Shown here in pieces: positions 1 to 13,454 of a stretch of 64,000 bases of DNA; position 1 is the stretch's first letter; each line of letters starts with the position of its first letter. Source of the stretch: the human T2T-CHM13v2.0 reference genome, Homo sapiens. The notes under the pieces were generated by a model. The model did not search any database. It saw nothing but the letters and a program-made list of their open reading frames with translations, and was not told the DNA's origin. Made by a program: the position numbers and the translations under genes. Location of the stretch: NCBI RefSeq assembly GCF_009914755.1, contig NC_060926.1; one strand, given 5' to 3'.

Positions 1-484
1 TCTACAGAGAATGATTCATAGGTCATTTGCACTCTTTATGTGTAGATGGAACAACTTTCTTTTAAAGGCATTTCCTCATATTTATCCTTTTGGAAGTTCA
101 TATGCCAATTTTCTGCCCACTGACACAGGTTTTTGAAATATTTCTGCGGCTGGCATTTCACTGTCTGGCATTTCAGTATCTGTGAACTCACTCCCCAGAT
201 CATTTATAACACTTTAAAATGAGCCCGGTACCCACACCACGCTTTGGAGAAACTCACTAATTAATAACAGTATAGAAATCCCATCCCACCTTACTCCCCA
301 TTCCTCTCGCTGTGTCTCTAACCCAGGTCCTTGTGCAAGTCACATGAGACTGCTCAAGCCTATGTAGATGCTCTGATCAATTTTTCATAAGTTTATGAAC
401 TTACATCATTTTTACGTTTTGGGTTATCCTTTCTTTTTGTCTATACTGCAGCAGGTCATTTTATTATTACTTATTACTGTGCCT

Positions 485-680
485 CTTGTTTGTATGTGAC
501 AGAAACTCAACTCAAACCAGCTTAAATAGAAAGAGAAGCCGTTGCAGGGATTTAGAAGTATTTCATAGAAACCAGAAGCAGGATTGAAGCCTGGACTCAA
601 GAAAGACTGGAAACAGGCATTTTATATACCATCATTTCCATTTTCTCCTCTCTGTGAACCATTTTTGTTTTTCTTTCGAA
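485..680. mobile_element. Old ERVL/MaLR-type LTR fragment (LTR33-like, tentative)
   Basis: gtgacagaaactcaactcaaaccagcttaa resembles the terminal motif of old ERVL-class LTRs; highly diverged. Confidence 0.3.
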
Positions 681-719
681 AGAACCATTTTGGCTTCTCT
701 GGTTCATACAGCAGAGCTG

Positions 720-1029
720 CTTTTCATTTCTTTTTCATGTTGATGAAACATATAAAAGAACAAAATAACACCACTTTTTGTTTTGATTGGATTTTTGTTA
801 CTAGTGAAGGTGAACTTATTTTCTTATTCTTCTTTATTTTTCTATTAGTAGTTATTTGTAAATTCCCCTTACTTAGGCTATTTCTTCTGCTGAAATATTC
901 ATAATTTTAATTTCTTTAGAAGAATTTTTTAGGTTTTTAGGATATTAAACCCTTTTCTGTAATACAGATTCCCAGTTTGCTGTTTGTCTCCAGCTTTCTG
1001 TGTAGTATTTGCCATTAAATAACTTTTTA
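720..1029 (-). mobile_element. Old L1M (L1ME-like) ORF2 3' fragment, left part; interrupted by the L1PA insertion
   Basis: tagtgaaggtgaactt...ggatattaaacccttttctg...tgctgtttgtct resembles antisense L1 ORF2 end; similarity resumes at ~7880. Confidence 0.5.
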
Positions 1030-2882
1030 TTATTCTTTTTTATTTTAGTATGTACATTTTAGGTTTATCATCTTTTGCCTTTACACAAAACATGTGGCAA
1101 ACTATGCTTTTTTATAATTACAACTTTTAAATTAGAAGAAGGGGTACATCACCTTACAAATCTTAGATGAGGGTTTATTACGTGAGTGTATTATGTTATG
1201 TTGAGTTTTAGGTACAAATGATCCCGTCAACCATTTAGTGGTCATAGTATCCAAAGTTTTTTCAACCCATGTCTCCTTCCCTCCTCCCTCCCCTATCAGG
1301 AAGTCCTCAGTGTCTGTCGCTCATCTTTATGTCTATGCGTATTCAATGTCCAGCTCCCATTTATAAGTAAGAACACGTGGTATTTGGTTTTCTGTTCTGA
1401 TGATCATTCACTTAGGATAATGTTCTCCAGCTCCATTCATGTCATTGCAAAGGACATGATGTCATTCTTCTTTATGGCTGTGTAGTATTCCATGGTGTAT
1501 ATGTATCACATTTTCTTTATCCAATCCGCTGTTCATGGGCACCTATATTGATTCTGTGCCTTTGCTATTGGACATACTGCTGCAACAAACATGAGTGCAT
1601 GCGTCTTTTTGACAGAATAAATTATTTAACTCCAGGTATATACTCTGTAGTGAAATTATTGGGTCAAATGGTAGTTTTAAGTTCTTTAAGAAATCTCCAG
1701 ACTACTTTCCACAGTGTCTGAAGTATTTTGCATTCACACCAAGACTGTGTAAGCGTTCCCTTTTCTCTGCAGCCTCACCAACATCTGTTTTTGTTGTTGC
1801 TGTTGTTGTTTTGTTTTGTTTTGTTTTACTTTTTAATAATAGCTATTCTGAATGGTGGGAGACCATATTTTATTGTGGTTTGACTTTTATTTCTCTAATG
1901 ATTAGTGATGTTGAGCACTCTTTTCATGTTTTTTGACCACTTGCACATCTTCTTTTGAAAAGTGTCTGTTATGTCCTTTTCCCATTTTTAAATGGATTAT
2001 TTGTTTTGTGCTTGTTGATTTGTTTAGGTACCTTGTAGATTCTGGATATTAGGTCTTTGTCAAATGCATATTTTGTGAATATTCTCTCCCTTTGTGTAGG
2101 CTGTCTGTTTACCCTGTTGGTAACTTCCTTTCCTGTGCAGAAGCTCTTTAGTTCAATTAGGTCCCACTTATCAATTTTTTGTTTTTGTTGTAATTGTTTT
2201 TGGGGACTTAACCATAACCTTTTGCCAGAGCCAATGTCGAGAAGGGTATTTCCTACAATTTTTTCTAGGATTTTTATAGTTTGAGCTCTTACATTTAAAT
2301 TTTTAATCCATCTTGAGTTAATTTTTATGTGTAGTAAGAGGTAATTGTCTAGTTTCATTCTCTGCATATGGCTGGCCAGTTACCCCAGCACCATTTACTG
2401 AATAGGGAGTCCTTTCCCCATCACTTATTTTTATCAATTTTGTCAAGGATCAGATGATTGTAAGTGGATAGATTTATTTCTTGGTTCTCTATTCGGTTCC
2501 ATTGATCTGTATGTATGTTTCTATACCAGTACCATGCTGTTTTGGTTGCCATAGCCTTACAGTATAGTTTGAAGTTGAGTACTGTGATGTCAGCTTTGTT
2601 CTTTTTGCTTAGGGTTGCTTTGGCTATTTGGCCTCTTTTTTGATTCCATATAAATTTTAGAATCAATTTTCCTAATTCTGTGAAAAATAACATTGATATC
2701 TTGATAGGGATAGCATTGAATCTGTAAACTGCTTTGGGCAATATGGCTGATTTAACAATATTGGTTCTTCCAATCTATGGCCATAAAGTATTTCCATTTA
2801 TTTGTGTCATCTACATTTCCTGAGTTATTCTTGTGGAGATCTTTCACCTCTCTTGGTTGGATGAATTCCTATGTATTTCTTT

Positions 2883-2915
2883 GTGTGTATCTGTGTGTGT
2901 GTGTGTGTGTGTGTG
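2883..2915. repeat. (TG)n microsatellite inside L1
   Basis: tgtgtgtatctgtgtgtgtgtgtgtgtgtgtgt. Confidence 0.95.
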
Positions 2916-5900
2916 TCTACTGTAAATGGGATTGTGTTCTTGATTTGGTTCTCAGCTAGAAAGTTATTGGTGTTTGAAACGTTACTGATTTTTGTACATT
3001 GATCTCATATCCTGAAACTTTACTGAAGTTACTTATCAGTTCCAGGAGCCTTTTCACTGTCTTTAGGGTTTTCTATGTATAGAATGACATTGCCACCAAA
3101 GAGAGATATTTTGACTTCTTTTTCTATTTGACACCTTTTACTTCTTTCTCTTGATTGATTGCTCTGGCTAGGACTTCTACTGCTATTCTGAATAGGAGTG
3201 TGAAAGTAGGCATTCTTATCTTCTTCCAGTTCTCAAGGGGAATGGCTTCAACTTTTGCCCATTCAGTATGATGTTGGCTGTGGGTCTGTCATAGATACCT
3301 CTTACTATTTTGAGGTATGTTCCTTTAATGCCCAGCCTGTTGAGGGATTTTATCATGAAGAACATTGGATTTTATAAATGGTGTTCTTTTTCCATTGAGA
3401 TGATCATACGGTGTTCGTTTTTTATCCTATTCATGTGGTGAATAACATTTATTGATTTGTCTATCTTGAACCAACCTTGCATCCCAAGAAAAAAAGCCTA
3501 TTTGATCATGGTGAATTCACTTTTTGATATGCTGCTGAATTCAGTTTCCAAGTATTTTGTTGAGGATCCTTGGGTCTATGTTCATCAGGCATATTGGCTA
3601 GAACTTTTCTTTTTTCATTGTGTCTGCCAGATTTTGGTATCAGGATGATGCTGGCTTTGTAGAATGAGTTATGGAGGATCCCCTCCCCCTCATTTTTAAG
3701 GCATAATTTCAAAAGAATTGGTACCAGCTCTTCTTGTACATAAGATGTAATTCAGCTGTGAATCCACGTAGGCTATTTTTTACTGGTAGGTTTTTTATTG
3801 TTGATTCAATTTTGGAACACGTTATTGGTTTGTTCAGGTTTTCACCTTCTTCCTGGTTCAATCTTGGAAGGTTGTGTATTTCTAGGAATTTATCCTTTTC
3901 CTCCAGATTTTCTAATTTGTGTCTGTAGAGCTATTTACAATACTCTCCGAGGATCTTTTGCATTTCTATCGGATAACTTGTAATCTTTGCCATCTCTGAT
4001 TGCACTTATTTGGCTTATTTGGATCTTTTTTTTCCCTTGTTAATCTAGCTAGTGATTTATCAATCTTGTTTATTCTTTTGAAGACAACTCTTGGTTTAAT
4101 CATCTTTGGTATAGACTTTTGGGTCTCCATTTTGTTCAGTTCTTCTCTGATTTTAGTTATTTACTTTCTTCTGCTATCGTTGGGGTTGAATTGTTCTTTT
4201 CTCTTAGTTCCTCTAAGTGTCATGTTAGATCATTCATTTAAGATCTTCCTAGCCTCTTGTTGAAGACATTTAGCACTCACTATAAACTTCCCTCTTAACA
4301 CATTTAGCTGCATCTCAGAGATCTGGGTAAGTTGTGTCTCTATTTTTATTAATTTCACAGATTTTTTTTTTTAATTTCTGCCTTAATTTTATTGTTTACC
4401 CAACAGCTAATCAGGAGGAAGTTGTTTAATTTCTTAATTTCCATATTTTCATGTAGTTTCGAGACATCTTGGTATTGATTTCTATTTTTATTGCACTGTG
4501 GTCCTACAGTGTGATTGATATGACTTTGATTTTTTTTTAATTTTATCGAGACTTGTTTTATGACCAAGAATGTGGTTGATCTTAGACTATGTTCTGTGTG
4601 CAGATCAGAATAATGTATATTCTGTGTTTATTGGGTATTCAGTAGATGTCTATCAGGTCCAATTCATCAAGTATTGAGTTTAATTCCAGAATTTCTTGGT
4701 TAGTTTTCTGCCTTGATGATCTTTCTAACACAGTCAGTTAAGTGTTAAAATCTCCCACTATTATTGTGTGGCTGTCTAAGTTTCTTGTAAAGAAAAACTT
4801 CTTTTATGAATCTGGGTGCTACAGTGTTCGGCGCGTATATATTTAGGATGGTTAAGTCTTATTGTTGAATTGAACCCTTTATCATTATGTCATGCCCTTC
4901 TTTGTCTTCCCTGATTTTTGTTGGTTAAAGCCTATTTTATCTGATATAAGAATAGTAACTCCTTCTCTTTTTTGTTTTCCATTTGCATGGTAGATCTTTC
5001 TCTATCCCTTTACTTTTAGCCTGTGGCTGTCATTATATGTGAGGTATATCTTTGGAAGACAGCAGTATATCTCTGGAAGACAGCAGACAATTGGGTCTTG
5101 TCTTTCTATCTAGCTTGCCAGTCTGTACCTTTTAAGTGCGGTGTTTAGGCCATTTACATTCAGGGTTAGTATCGATATGCAAAATTTTGGTTCTGTCATT
5201 ATGTTGCTAGCTGTTTATTTTGTAGACTTGATTGTGTAGTTCCTTTATATTGTCTGTGGGCTATGTGCTTGAGTGTGTTTGTGTGGTAGCAGGTTTCAAT
5301 CCTTTGTTTCCAAGTTTAACACTCCCATAAGGACATCTTCTAATTCTGGTCTGGTGGTAATGAATTCCCTTAGTGCTTGCTTGCCTGAGAAAAATTTTAT
5401 TTCTCATTTGCTTATGAAGCTTAGTTTGGCAGGATATGAGATTCTTGGTTGGAATTTCTTTTCTTTAAGAATGCTGAAAATAGGCCCCCAATCTCCTCTG
5501 GCTTGTAAGATTTCTGCTGAGAGGTCTACTGCTAGCCTGTTGGGGTTCCCTTTTTAGGTGGTCTAACCTTTCTTTCCACCTGCCATTAAGATTTTTTTTC
5601 TTTTGTGTTGACTTTGGTAAATCTGATAGCTATGTGCCTTGGGGATGGTCATCTTGTATAGTATCTCTCAGGAGTTTTCTGTATTTATTTAATTTGTATG
5701 ACCACCTTGCTACCAAGATTGGGGTAATACTCAAGGACTATATCCTCAAATATTATTTCCAAGTTGCTTACTCTCTCTCCTCTTTCAGGAATGCCAATGA
5801 GTCATAGATTTGGTCATTTTATATAATCACATATTTCTTAGAGGTTTTGCTTATTTTTTAAATTCCCCAAGAAAGGGGAACTAGAATTTGAAATTGTAAA

Positions 5901-6849
5901 TTCTTTATTTTTGTCTGACTTAGTTGACTCAAAGAACTGGTCTTTAAACTCTGACATTCTGTTCTCATCATTTTCTATTCTATTGCTAATGCTTATGATT
6001 ATATTATGAAATTCCTCGATTCCAGAAGTTCAGTTTGGTTCTTTCTTAAAATGGTTATTTTGTCTTTCAGCTCCTGGATCATTTTACTGGATTCCTTAGA
6101 TTGAGTTTCAACTTCCTACTGGAACTTGATGAGCCTCTTTGCTATCAAGACTCTTAATTCTGTGTCTGTCATTTCAGTCATTTCAACCTGGTTAAGAACC
6201 ATTGCTTTATTGGTTTGAAGGTAAGTGGACACTACAACTTTTTGAATTGATAGAGTTCTTACATTGATTCTTTCTCATGTATGAAGGCTGGTGTTCCTTT
6301 AAATGTGATGTGAGTTGAGTATAGAGAGTTGGCTTTCCTTCTTGGCACTTTCAGAAGGCCAAGGCCCTTTATCTGTGGCTAGATTGTTGCTTACTTTTCA
6401 TAAGCACTGTACACTAGCAAAATATTTTGGTGGTATAATTTGGGCTGTGATCCAGTAGGTGGTACCAAAGAGTGGTGCCCACAGGCTGTTAGTTTCATGG
6501 GTTTTTTTTTTTTTTTTTGTATTTTTTGGCATATTGGCAGCAGTGCTCTGTGGTTGGGGGAGAGAGATGACTCCTTCACCTGGTCTACTCCTGGGCCTTG
6601 GAGGAGGCCCCTGCAATCACTGGCACTGCACTTGTATTTTCTTTGTTACATGTTCTGGACCACAGGGCTCCCTCAGGCCGAGGCCAGGTTGGCAGACAGG
6701 TCATGCCCTTCCAGACTACCTCTGTGGAGGGAGGCACTTCCTGCTCTCCCTCTGGCCTACGAGCCCAGGTGTCACACCCCTCTCAGTGTTCTGACAGTGG
6801 GGAATTCCCTGCTTGAGTGCCTCCTAAGCAGGTGAGTCTTACCCACCTA

Positions 6850-7395
6850 GGAGGAGTGGGAGTGGGTGGAATCGCCTGTTCCACCACCTGGGTGCTTCCT
6901 GAAGGAATATGGAGCTACACCTGCCCACAGAATTCAGACAGAAGCAAGTCCCTGGAGCTCTGCCCAGCTGGTGTGTCCCACTCAGATAGAAACAGCAGAG
7001 GTTGGTGGGGTCACCTCATCCACCCTCTGAGTGCTTCCTGGAGGAACGTGGAGCTGCACCCACCTGCAGAGTTCAGGCTGAGGTAGGTTTACTGTGCTGG
7101 AAACCCCAGCTTACATGTTCCACCCTGCAATGAGCAGCAGGGTTGAGTGGACTTGCCTGATCTGCTGTCCACATACTTCCCCAGGGGTGCATGGAGCTGC
7201 ATCCACCCACAGTGTGCAGGCAGAAGTGGATCCAGTTGTGTTGGAAGAGCCAGCCAGCATGTGAACCTAGGTAGAAGCAGTGTGGGTGGGCGGAGTCACC
7301 CTGTCAGCCACCCAGGTGTTTCCTAGGGGAACACAGAGAGCTGTGTCCCCCCACAGAATTTAGGGAGAGGCAGGGCCAGTGTGCTGGAAGCTGGG
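6850..7395 (-). repeat. ~140-144 bp diverged tandem repeat (4 units) in L1 5'UTR
   Basis: Anchor (g/a)gagct recurs at 6911, 7050, 7193 and 7337 within similar gtgcttcctg..gg..ggagctgcaccc..cagag.tcaggc...gtgctggaa units. Confidence 0.8.
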
Positions 7396-7877
7396 GGAGG
7401 GCAGTGAAACAATCTTATTGCTCCCAGGCATAGGGACTGCAGCCTCCATCATGGATATGGCCACTGTTGCTAGGCTGCTCTGAGATCCAAGGCCTGTGGG
7501 GGTCCCTGTGAGCTTCACTGTTGCTTCTGGAAGAACTCCAAGTGGTTTTCTCTATTAGTCTAGAGACTTAGGGGGATGAGGGGACTCTCCCATTCCCAGG
7601 CTTGCACTAGTCCCCGTGGGAAGTGTGGATCCCCAGGGGCTCTCACTCGCTCACTCTTTCTCCATGTTGGGGAGCTTCTGCTGGCTCCATGTAGCTCCCT
7701 GATGGGCAGCTGTTCAGCTGTGCTCTTTTCTGTTCTCCATGGCCCTTCCCTTCCATAATGAATCTTGTTGTAGTTTCTTAGATCAGCTTGCAGAGTCAGT
7801 GTTCACTTGCCACTTTGTCTCCTTGCTGTGGGAGCAGTGCAATCAAGCTGCTTCTAGTCCACCATCTTTACCCCTGC

Positions 7878-8115
7878 TAAAAATTTTTAATGTTTCCATT
7901 TTTTTCCAGCTGACAATTTTTTCTTCATGTCTAGAAAGTCATTCAATGACTACAGATATTCTTCTACATTGTAACCTAGTAATTCTATGATTTTTAATAA
8001 TACTTTCTTAGATGTGTCTGGATTTCACCTTATAAGACATAAGAAAGATAGATAAACCTCTTTATGTTCAGATATTTTGCTACTTGTTTCAATAAATTTG
8101 TTGAAAGCCCCTACT
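7878..8115 (-). mobile_element. Old L1M ORF2 fragment, right part (continuation of 720-1029)
   Basis: aaatttttaatgt...agatattcttctacatt...tctggatttc...aatttgttgaaag follows the order of antisense L1 ORF2. Confidence 0.5.
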
Positions 8116-8464
8116 TTTGAGAAGGGAGTTAAATTTTCTCTTAACTAGTTACATTGATTACCTCTTAAATAATTCTGGAGAGAATGAGAGCCGGCAGCCT
8201 GTTTGGTTATTCATTTTATTGTAGAATGTTGACCCCTCCAGAATGGGCTCTTGGTTTGAGAAATATGTGTTTGAAAATATTTAAGATGATATATATCTGG
8301 AATTTTTAAAATATTAGAATAAAATCATTCATCAGATTCAAACTTCACAGAGTCCATCAACCTTGATATGTGTGTGATTCTCTCTTTGCCTCATTAAGTG
8401 GAAGTATTATGATATCTGTTTTGTCAGCCATGGTGCTAGGCATAAGTTCTCATGTAACAAAGGC

Positions 8465-8785
8465 ATGGCATCAGAAGATATGGAATTCTCATCCTACTTT
8501 CACCTTGGAAATTATTTAGTCTCTCCTGATCTCAGTTTGCTTGGGAAAGTTATAAAGTTACCTTAAGGGTCATTCTAGGTCCAACACCCATTATTCATCT
8601 GGGAGTCTGTAGGTGTGAAAGAAAGTCCAGTTAATTATTTTTTAGGTATCGCTCAACTAAAATTTTGCAGCCCTGATCTTTTGACATATTTCAAACACTT
8701 GTCCCATGCCAAGTGTCTTGTTAGTACTTAGCCTCTGAGAATTTCATTTTGTTTACCTAGAAAATAAGGGAAGAAGAGCTGATTT
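8465..8785 (+). mobile_element. Degraded MIR/MIR3 fragments
   Basis: ccttggaaattatttagtctctcctgatctcagtttgc and tacttagcctctgagaatttcattttgtttacctagaaaata resemble the MIR core. Confidence 0.35.
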
Positions 8786-10021
8786 TATCATACACCCTGT
8801 GTCAAATATGTATATATGAACATCTCTCTGACATGCATGTATATACATATACACATACATGCCTGATATTTACTATTATTCTCTTTTCTTAATTATTCTT
8901 TGTTTTTGTATTAACTAAACATTTAGTTTTTAAGGGCTGAAATTATTACCACTTCCTCGGAATTACATTCAATTTCTAAAGGAAATGTGGGACTCATAAA
9001 ACTCCTAAATATGGCAAGTAGTGAGGCTTCAGTTCACGAATAGCTATCATGGGGATTCCACATTATGTACATGAAAACTGTGTTATTCTCCATTTTTATA
9101 TTTATCAGGATTTTTGTCAACAAAAATGTTTGTAATTCTTATAACTATCCAAGACAATAACTGCTCTCCTATCTAATTGTACAATCTGCTATCATCACTT
9201 TAACTGTACCCTATGTTTGTACTATTCTGGAGGGTATGATATTGTCATAAGGGGAAAAAGCATATTTCACTGCATGTATTTAATTTTAATTGTTTAATGC
9301 TAGAAAAGCCAACACATCATTTCCTTTTCTATCTCCCTGGAATTACGTGTGCATCCACATTTATGAATTCATACATCTTCTCTACCTTCTGTGAAAAATG
9401 GGAAGAGTAAAAGCTGCCAATATTATAATAATCAGCCTCTTTTAAACAAAGTGTTATACACATAGCTAGATATGTTTGGGCTTTGTTTGAAAAAATTTAG
9501 ATTATTATCTGACTCACTTGATTTAGATTTAACCTTGTTTTAGACTCTTGCTTATATAAAATTGAAAATAATGTGAAATCTGGAAACAATGAAAGTTCAT
9601 CTTGTAAGTGATAAAGGACATCACTGATGTTTCAATTGCTTCTCCCCCACTGTTAGAGAAATAGGGTTGGGTACCTACTATTCTATCTCTGATTGGTGTG
9701 AGTAACGAAAGCTTAGAATTATTTAGCATACAGAACCTTAATGGTGCAGTTCAGGATTTATTATGTAAAATGTTATCTTAAAATACTATACTTTAAAAGA
9801 GTTTGCTTTAATAGGTGAAAGGGAAAAAAAGCTAAGCTTTAAAAGTATTTTGTTTGAAAATACACAGTCCTGTCTCAGACATAAGTGGATTTTTAAAAAT
9901 TTCTTTTAAAACGTGCAACTTTAAATATTATCCAGTAAAATTTCCTTTCCAGCTGAGATTTTCAGGAAAGCAGAATGAGGAAACATAATATGGCTTAATC
10001 CTTTTTCTTTTCTAAGGCAAC

Positions 10022-10352
10022 TGTCTTAGTCTGTTCAGGCTGTTGTAACAAAATACCACAGACTGGGCAGCTTATAAACAACAGACACTTATTTCTCACA
10101 GAGTCAGAGGCTGGAAATCCAAATTAAGGCACTGGAAGATTCAGTGTCTGGAGAGGGCTTGTATCCTGGGTTGTAGAGGGCATTTTCTCTTCTCACTGAA
10201 TCCTCACAGCGGAAGGAGACAAGGCAACTCTAGGGGTGTCTTCTATAATGATACTAATACCATTCGTTCTTTTATGATCTACTTACATCATCACTTGGTG
10301 AGTAGGCTTCGATCTATGAACTTTGGAGATACACAAACCTTCAGACCAGAGC
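10022..10352 (-). mobile_element. MaLR solo LTR (MLT1A-like)
   Basis: Starts tgtcttagtctgttcaggctg.tgtaacaaaataccacagactggg...ttatttctcacag; ends aaccttcagaccagagca. Confidence 0.85.
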
Positions 10353-10458
10353 ATCAGCATTAACCACATCTGCCTAATTTTCAAGAGGCTCCATTTATTG
10401 TTAACATTATATTATCCCCTTTCTCCTCTCTTAGCAGTCCTCGAGGATCCAAGTGGCA

Positions 10459-10583
10459 TTGTTTGTTTGTTTGTTTGTTTGTTTAATTTTACTTTGAGTT
10501 CTGGGATACATGTGCAGAATGTGCAGGTTTGTCACATAGGTGTACAAGTGCCATGGTGGTTTGCTGCATGCACCCATCAACCC
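10459..10583 (-). mobile_element. Very short 5'-truncated L1PA (L1PA7/8-like) 3' end with (TTTG)n tail
   Basis: (tttg)n, then ttttactttgagttctgggatacatgtgcagaatgtgcaggtttg...gtgccatggtggtttgctgca...cccatcaaccc. Confidence 0.85.
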
Positions 10584-10714
10584 AAAGCTTCCATAAACTA
10601 CATGTGGCTGCTTTTGAAATGTGTTGCGTTTTTCTACCTTTGATTTTGATGAAAACGCCAGCCATTGCTCTAATGTGCTCCATAATTATAATTTGTTTAA
10701 TTATGATAAGCTTA

Positions 10715-10865
10715 CAAAGTAGGACTTACGGTTATCCCAGTTTCACATGACAAAACTGAGATTCAGGAAGTGAGGTGACTTGTCTAAGGTTAAAACAGCT
10801 AATAAATGGTGAAGCCCCATTTGAGCCCAGGTCATCTGGCTTCAGCCCCTGAGTGAGTTCTTGGT
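10715..10865 (-). mobile_element. MIR SINE
   Basis: ttatcccagtttcacatgacaaaactgag...aagtgaggtgacttgtctaagg...cagctaataaatgg is the antisense MIR core. Confidence 0.8.
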
Positions 10866-11561
10866 TATCTGTAGCGTAGGTTTTCTCACTAGGTGCAATT
10901 ACTATCTCTCCACTCATTTGTACTATCAATTTTCTCTTTTCTTCCAAAAAGAATCTACAGGCAAATATATTTCTTACAGATGATTAAATCGCTCTTCCTT
11001 TTCTGTGATTCTTTTTAATGTCATGTATAATTATAAATAATGGTTTTTATTTGATAAGCAGACCTGAGTTTTTGGCTTGGGCAATTTGCTGAGTGATGGA
11101 TCTGTTGATTCTCCTCACGGCTAAACTACACTAGGTCTTTCCCAGAGCTCCATTTCTCCTTGGCATCCCATGCCCAACCAGCCTGTTGTTCTACTAAGTC
11201 ACTTTGCTTCTGAATTCTATTCTTGCTCAGTTAATGTCCCTGTGATTAACTTTCAGTCAAATGTTTTCTTGAGGCCTTTTATTTCTTCTAGTCACTGGAG
11301 GAAAACATGACATTTTAAGGTAACTTTCACCAGACTAAGCCTCAGGGAACAATGTAGATTCTGAAGCTGAGAACTAAGGCTTTGATTTGTTCTCTGAAAA
11401 CAGAAAGTATGCTGAAGTCTACTTTTGCCAGGAGTGAGTGCTCAATATGGGTTTAGTACATTTTCGAATTCAAATATTAACCCTTCCAAAGGAAGTCATA
11501 TTTACTTATGTATAAAATGAATGCAATGTGCAGTTGTAGAGCATATAAGAAGAGGAAAAGA

Positions 11562-11907
<346 letters not shown>

Positions 11908-12629
11908 TTAAAATAAATGTAAAGCAAACTGATATGCTAATCTGGATTCTGCAGAACCAGAAGTATAAGAGAGGTAGATACTAAGACCCAAAAAGAATAA
12001 AATGATAGTACAGTAGAATGTGGAATTACAGTGTCAAGGATAGGCCTACACTTAGACAAAGCCAGACCTAGATTATGGCCAAAGTTTGGCTCATAAGCCT
12101 GAGCTATTGTTTAGACTGTATTAAAAGTCTCAAATTAAACATAGAATATCAGAGAAATGGCAGTGAATCTTTGCACTAAGCTTGTAAGTTACACAATACT
12201 TTAAAGCTATCCTTTAAAAACATCCTTGTCACAGTAGACAAAGTTATAAGGACTCATGACATTACACAAGTTCCAGAAAACAAGAATTGATGGCAGAAAA
12301 TGCTCTTTCATGGCCAGCAGCTATGAATTCCAAAAAGATACCAACTAGCAGCTCTTTTACCTAAAAGGGCCAAGGCTGGGGAGAAAATATGGCGCCAAGG
12401 TGTCTGTAGGATGATAATTTACAGTTGTAAGATGACAACCTGGCAGTACTTTTGGCATCACAGGGAAAATAAGCACCCAGGGGCTGATGATTTGGTATCA
12501 TCTTTGTGGGCACCAACAGTCTGGCTATCAGAATCCCACCATCTCAGAGACAGGAAGTTACATGACGGGCTCCAGTAACATCACCCACCCTGATGACACA
12601 GTTACAAAGGAGAGTAGAGTCTATTAGGG

Positions 12630-12800
12630 AACGGAGTGTGTCTCAAGCCTGGGGTCTGCCACTTCTGGCTCTGTGACCTTAAGCAGGCCACATGATTTAT
12701 TTTCTGTAAAATTGGAATGTAAGAGGACACTTTAGAAGATTTGTATAAGCAATAGGTAAAGTGTGCATGCTATTATGCTTAGAATAGTGTCAGGAGTATA
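12630..12800 (+). mobile_element. MIR SINE
   Basis: tctgccacttctggctctgtgaccttaagcagg...ttctgtaaaattgg...gcttagaatagtg. Confidence 0.7.
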
Positions 12801-13180
12801 AGTATAAAAGCAAATATGTTTTATTTTCATTATAAAGAATAAGCTTAGGGAAGGTTCTAGGCATAAGCTGAGTTGGAACATAGGGACTAAGAGCAGCTGA
12901 TAAGCTTAAGAATTCAGGATTCCTTGGTCCAATGCAAGAGGAAAGGAGTGAAAAAGATATTAGAGGGTAAAAGATAGGGGATCCACAAATTGGCAGAAGC
13001 CAGAGCCCTCTGTGAGTATTATAACCAATAAGAAATTTACAGTGGGTACTTTTTTCTGTAGTAATAGGAATGCTATATAAGACTTTCTGGTTGTTAAGGT
13101 CATTTAATATAATTCTTCTGGTGTTCTCCCAAATAGTTATCTGGATAACAAAGCCAGATATCCACACAAAGGCCTTCCTG

Positions 13181-13213
13181 GTGTGTGTGTGTGTGTGTAT
13201 GTGTATGTGTGTA
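13181..13213. repeat. (TG)n/(TATG)n microsatellite
   Basis: gtgtgtgtgtgtgtgtgtatgtgtatgtgtgta. Confidence 0.9.
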
Positions 13214-13454
13214 TAAATTAAAGAAAGACAGGGATTCCATGTTAGAATTGATAGATAAAATGGAAATGTTGCACACCCGAGACTGAAAAGAGAGAAAAAA
13301 ATAATGTATCCCAGTAAGTAGTTTAGAGACATTAGAGAGTTTGAGATTCTAAAACACCAGGGAATATGCAGAAAATTTGGCAAAGGTATTACATGTCAAC
13401 ATTATTTAGATCTGAAACACAGCAAGGTGAATCTAGCTAATATCTGTGCTAAAA

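Larger units (their letters stand above)
1108..7877 (-). mobile_element. Near full-length, inactivated LINE-1 (L1PA15/L1PA16-like)
   Basis: The 3'UTR is at ~1110-1600 (caacttttaa...ggggtacat...gatcccgtca). ORF2 remnants are in the ORF track (1969-2367 MKLDNYL..RWIKNLNVR; 2421-2741 [13 protein letters not shown]; 3506-3712 [13 protein letters not shown]). An ORF1-like region lies at ~5300-6300, and a GC-richer 5'UTR at ~6400-7877 ends in ctagtccaccatctt. Many stops and frameshifts. Confidence 0.93.

Noticed and set aside
1969-4567. Minus-strand ORFs with reverse-transcriptase/L1 ORF2-like peptides
   Set aside because: These are fragments of a dead L1 broken by stops and frameshifts, not a functional gene or a novel RT system.
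5044-5085. 21-bp tandem duplication inside L1
   Set aside because: Real, but an ordinary slippage event in a dead element.
12000-12300. Faint CR1/L3-like similarity
   Set aside because: Too diverged to support by eye; needs a profile-HMM search.
12790-13383. Longest ORF in the track (197 aa)
   Set aside because: It runs through a (CA)n microsatellite (HIHIHTHTHT) and into a MIR, starts at a non-ATG codon, and resembles no protein family I know.
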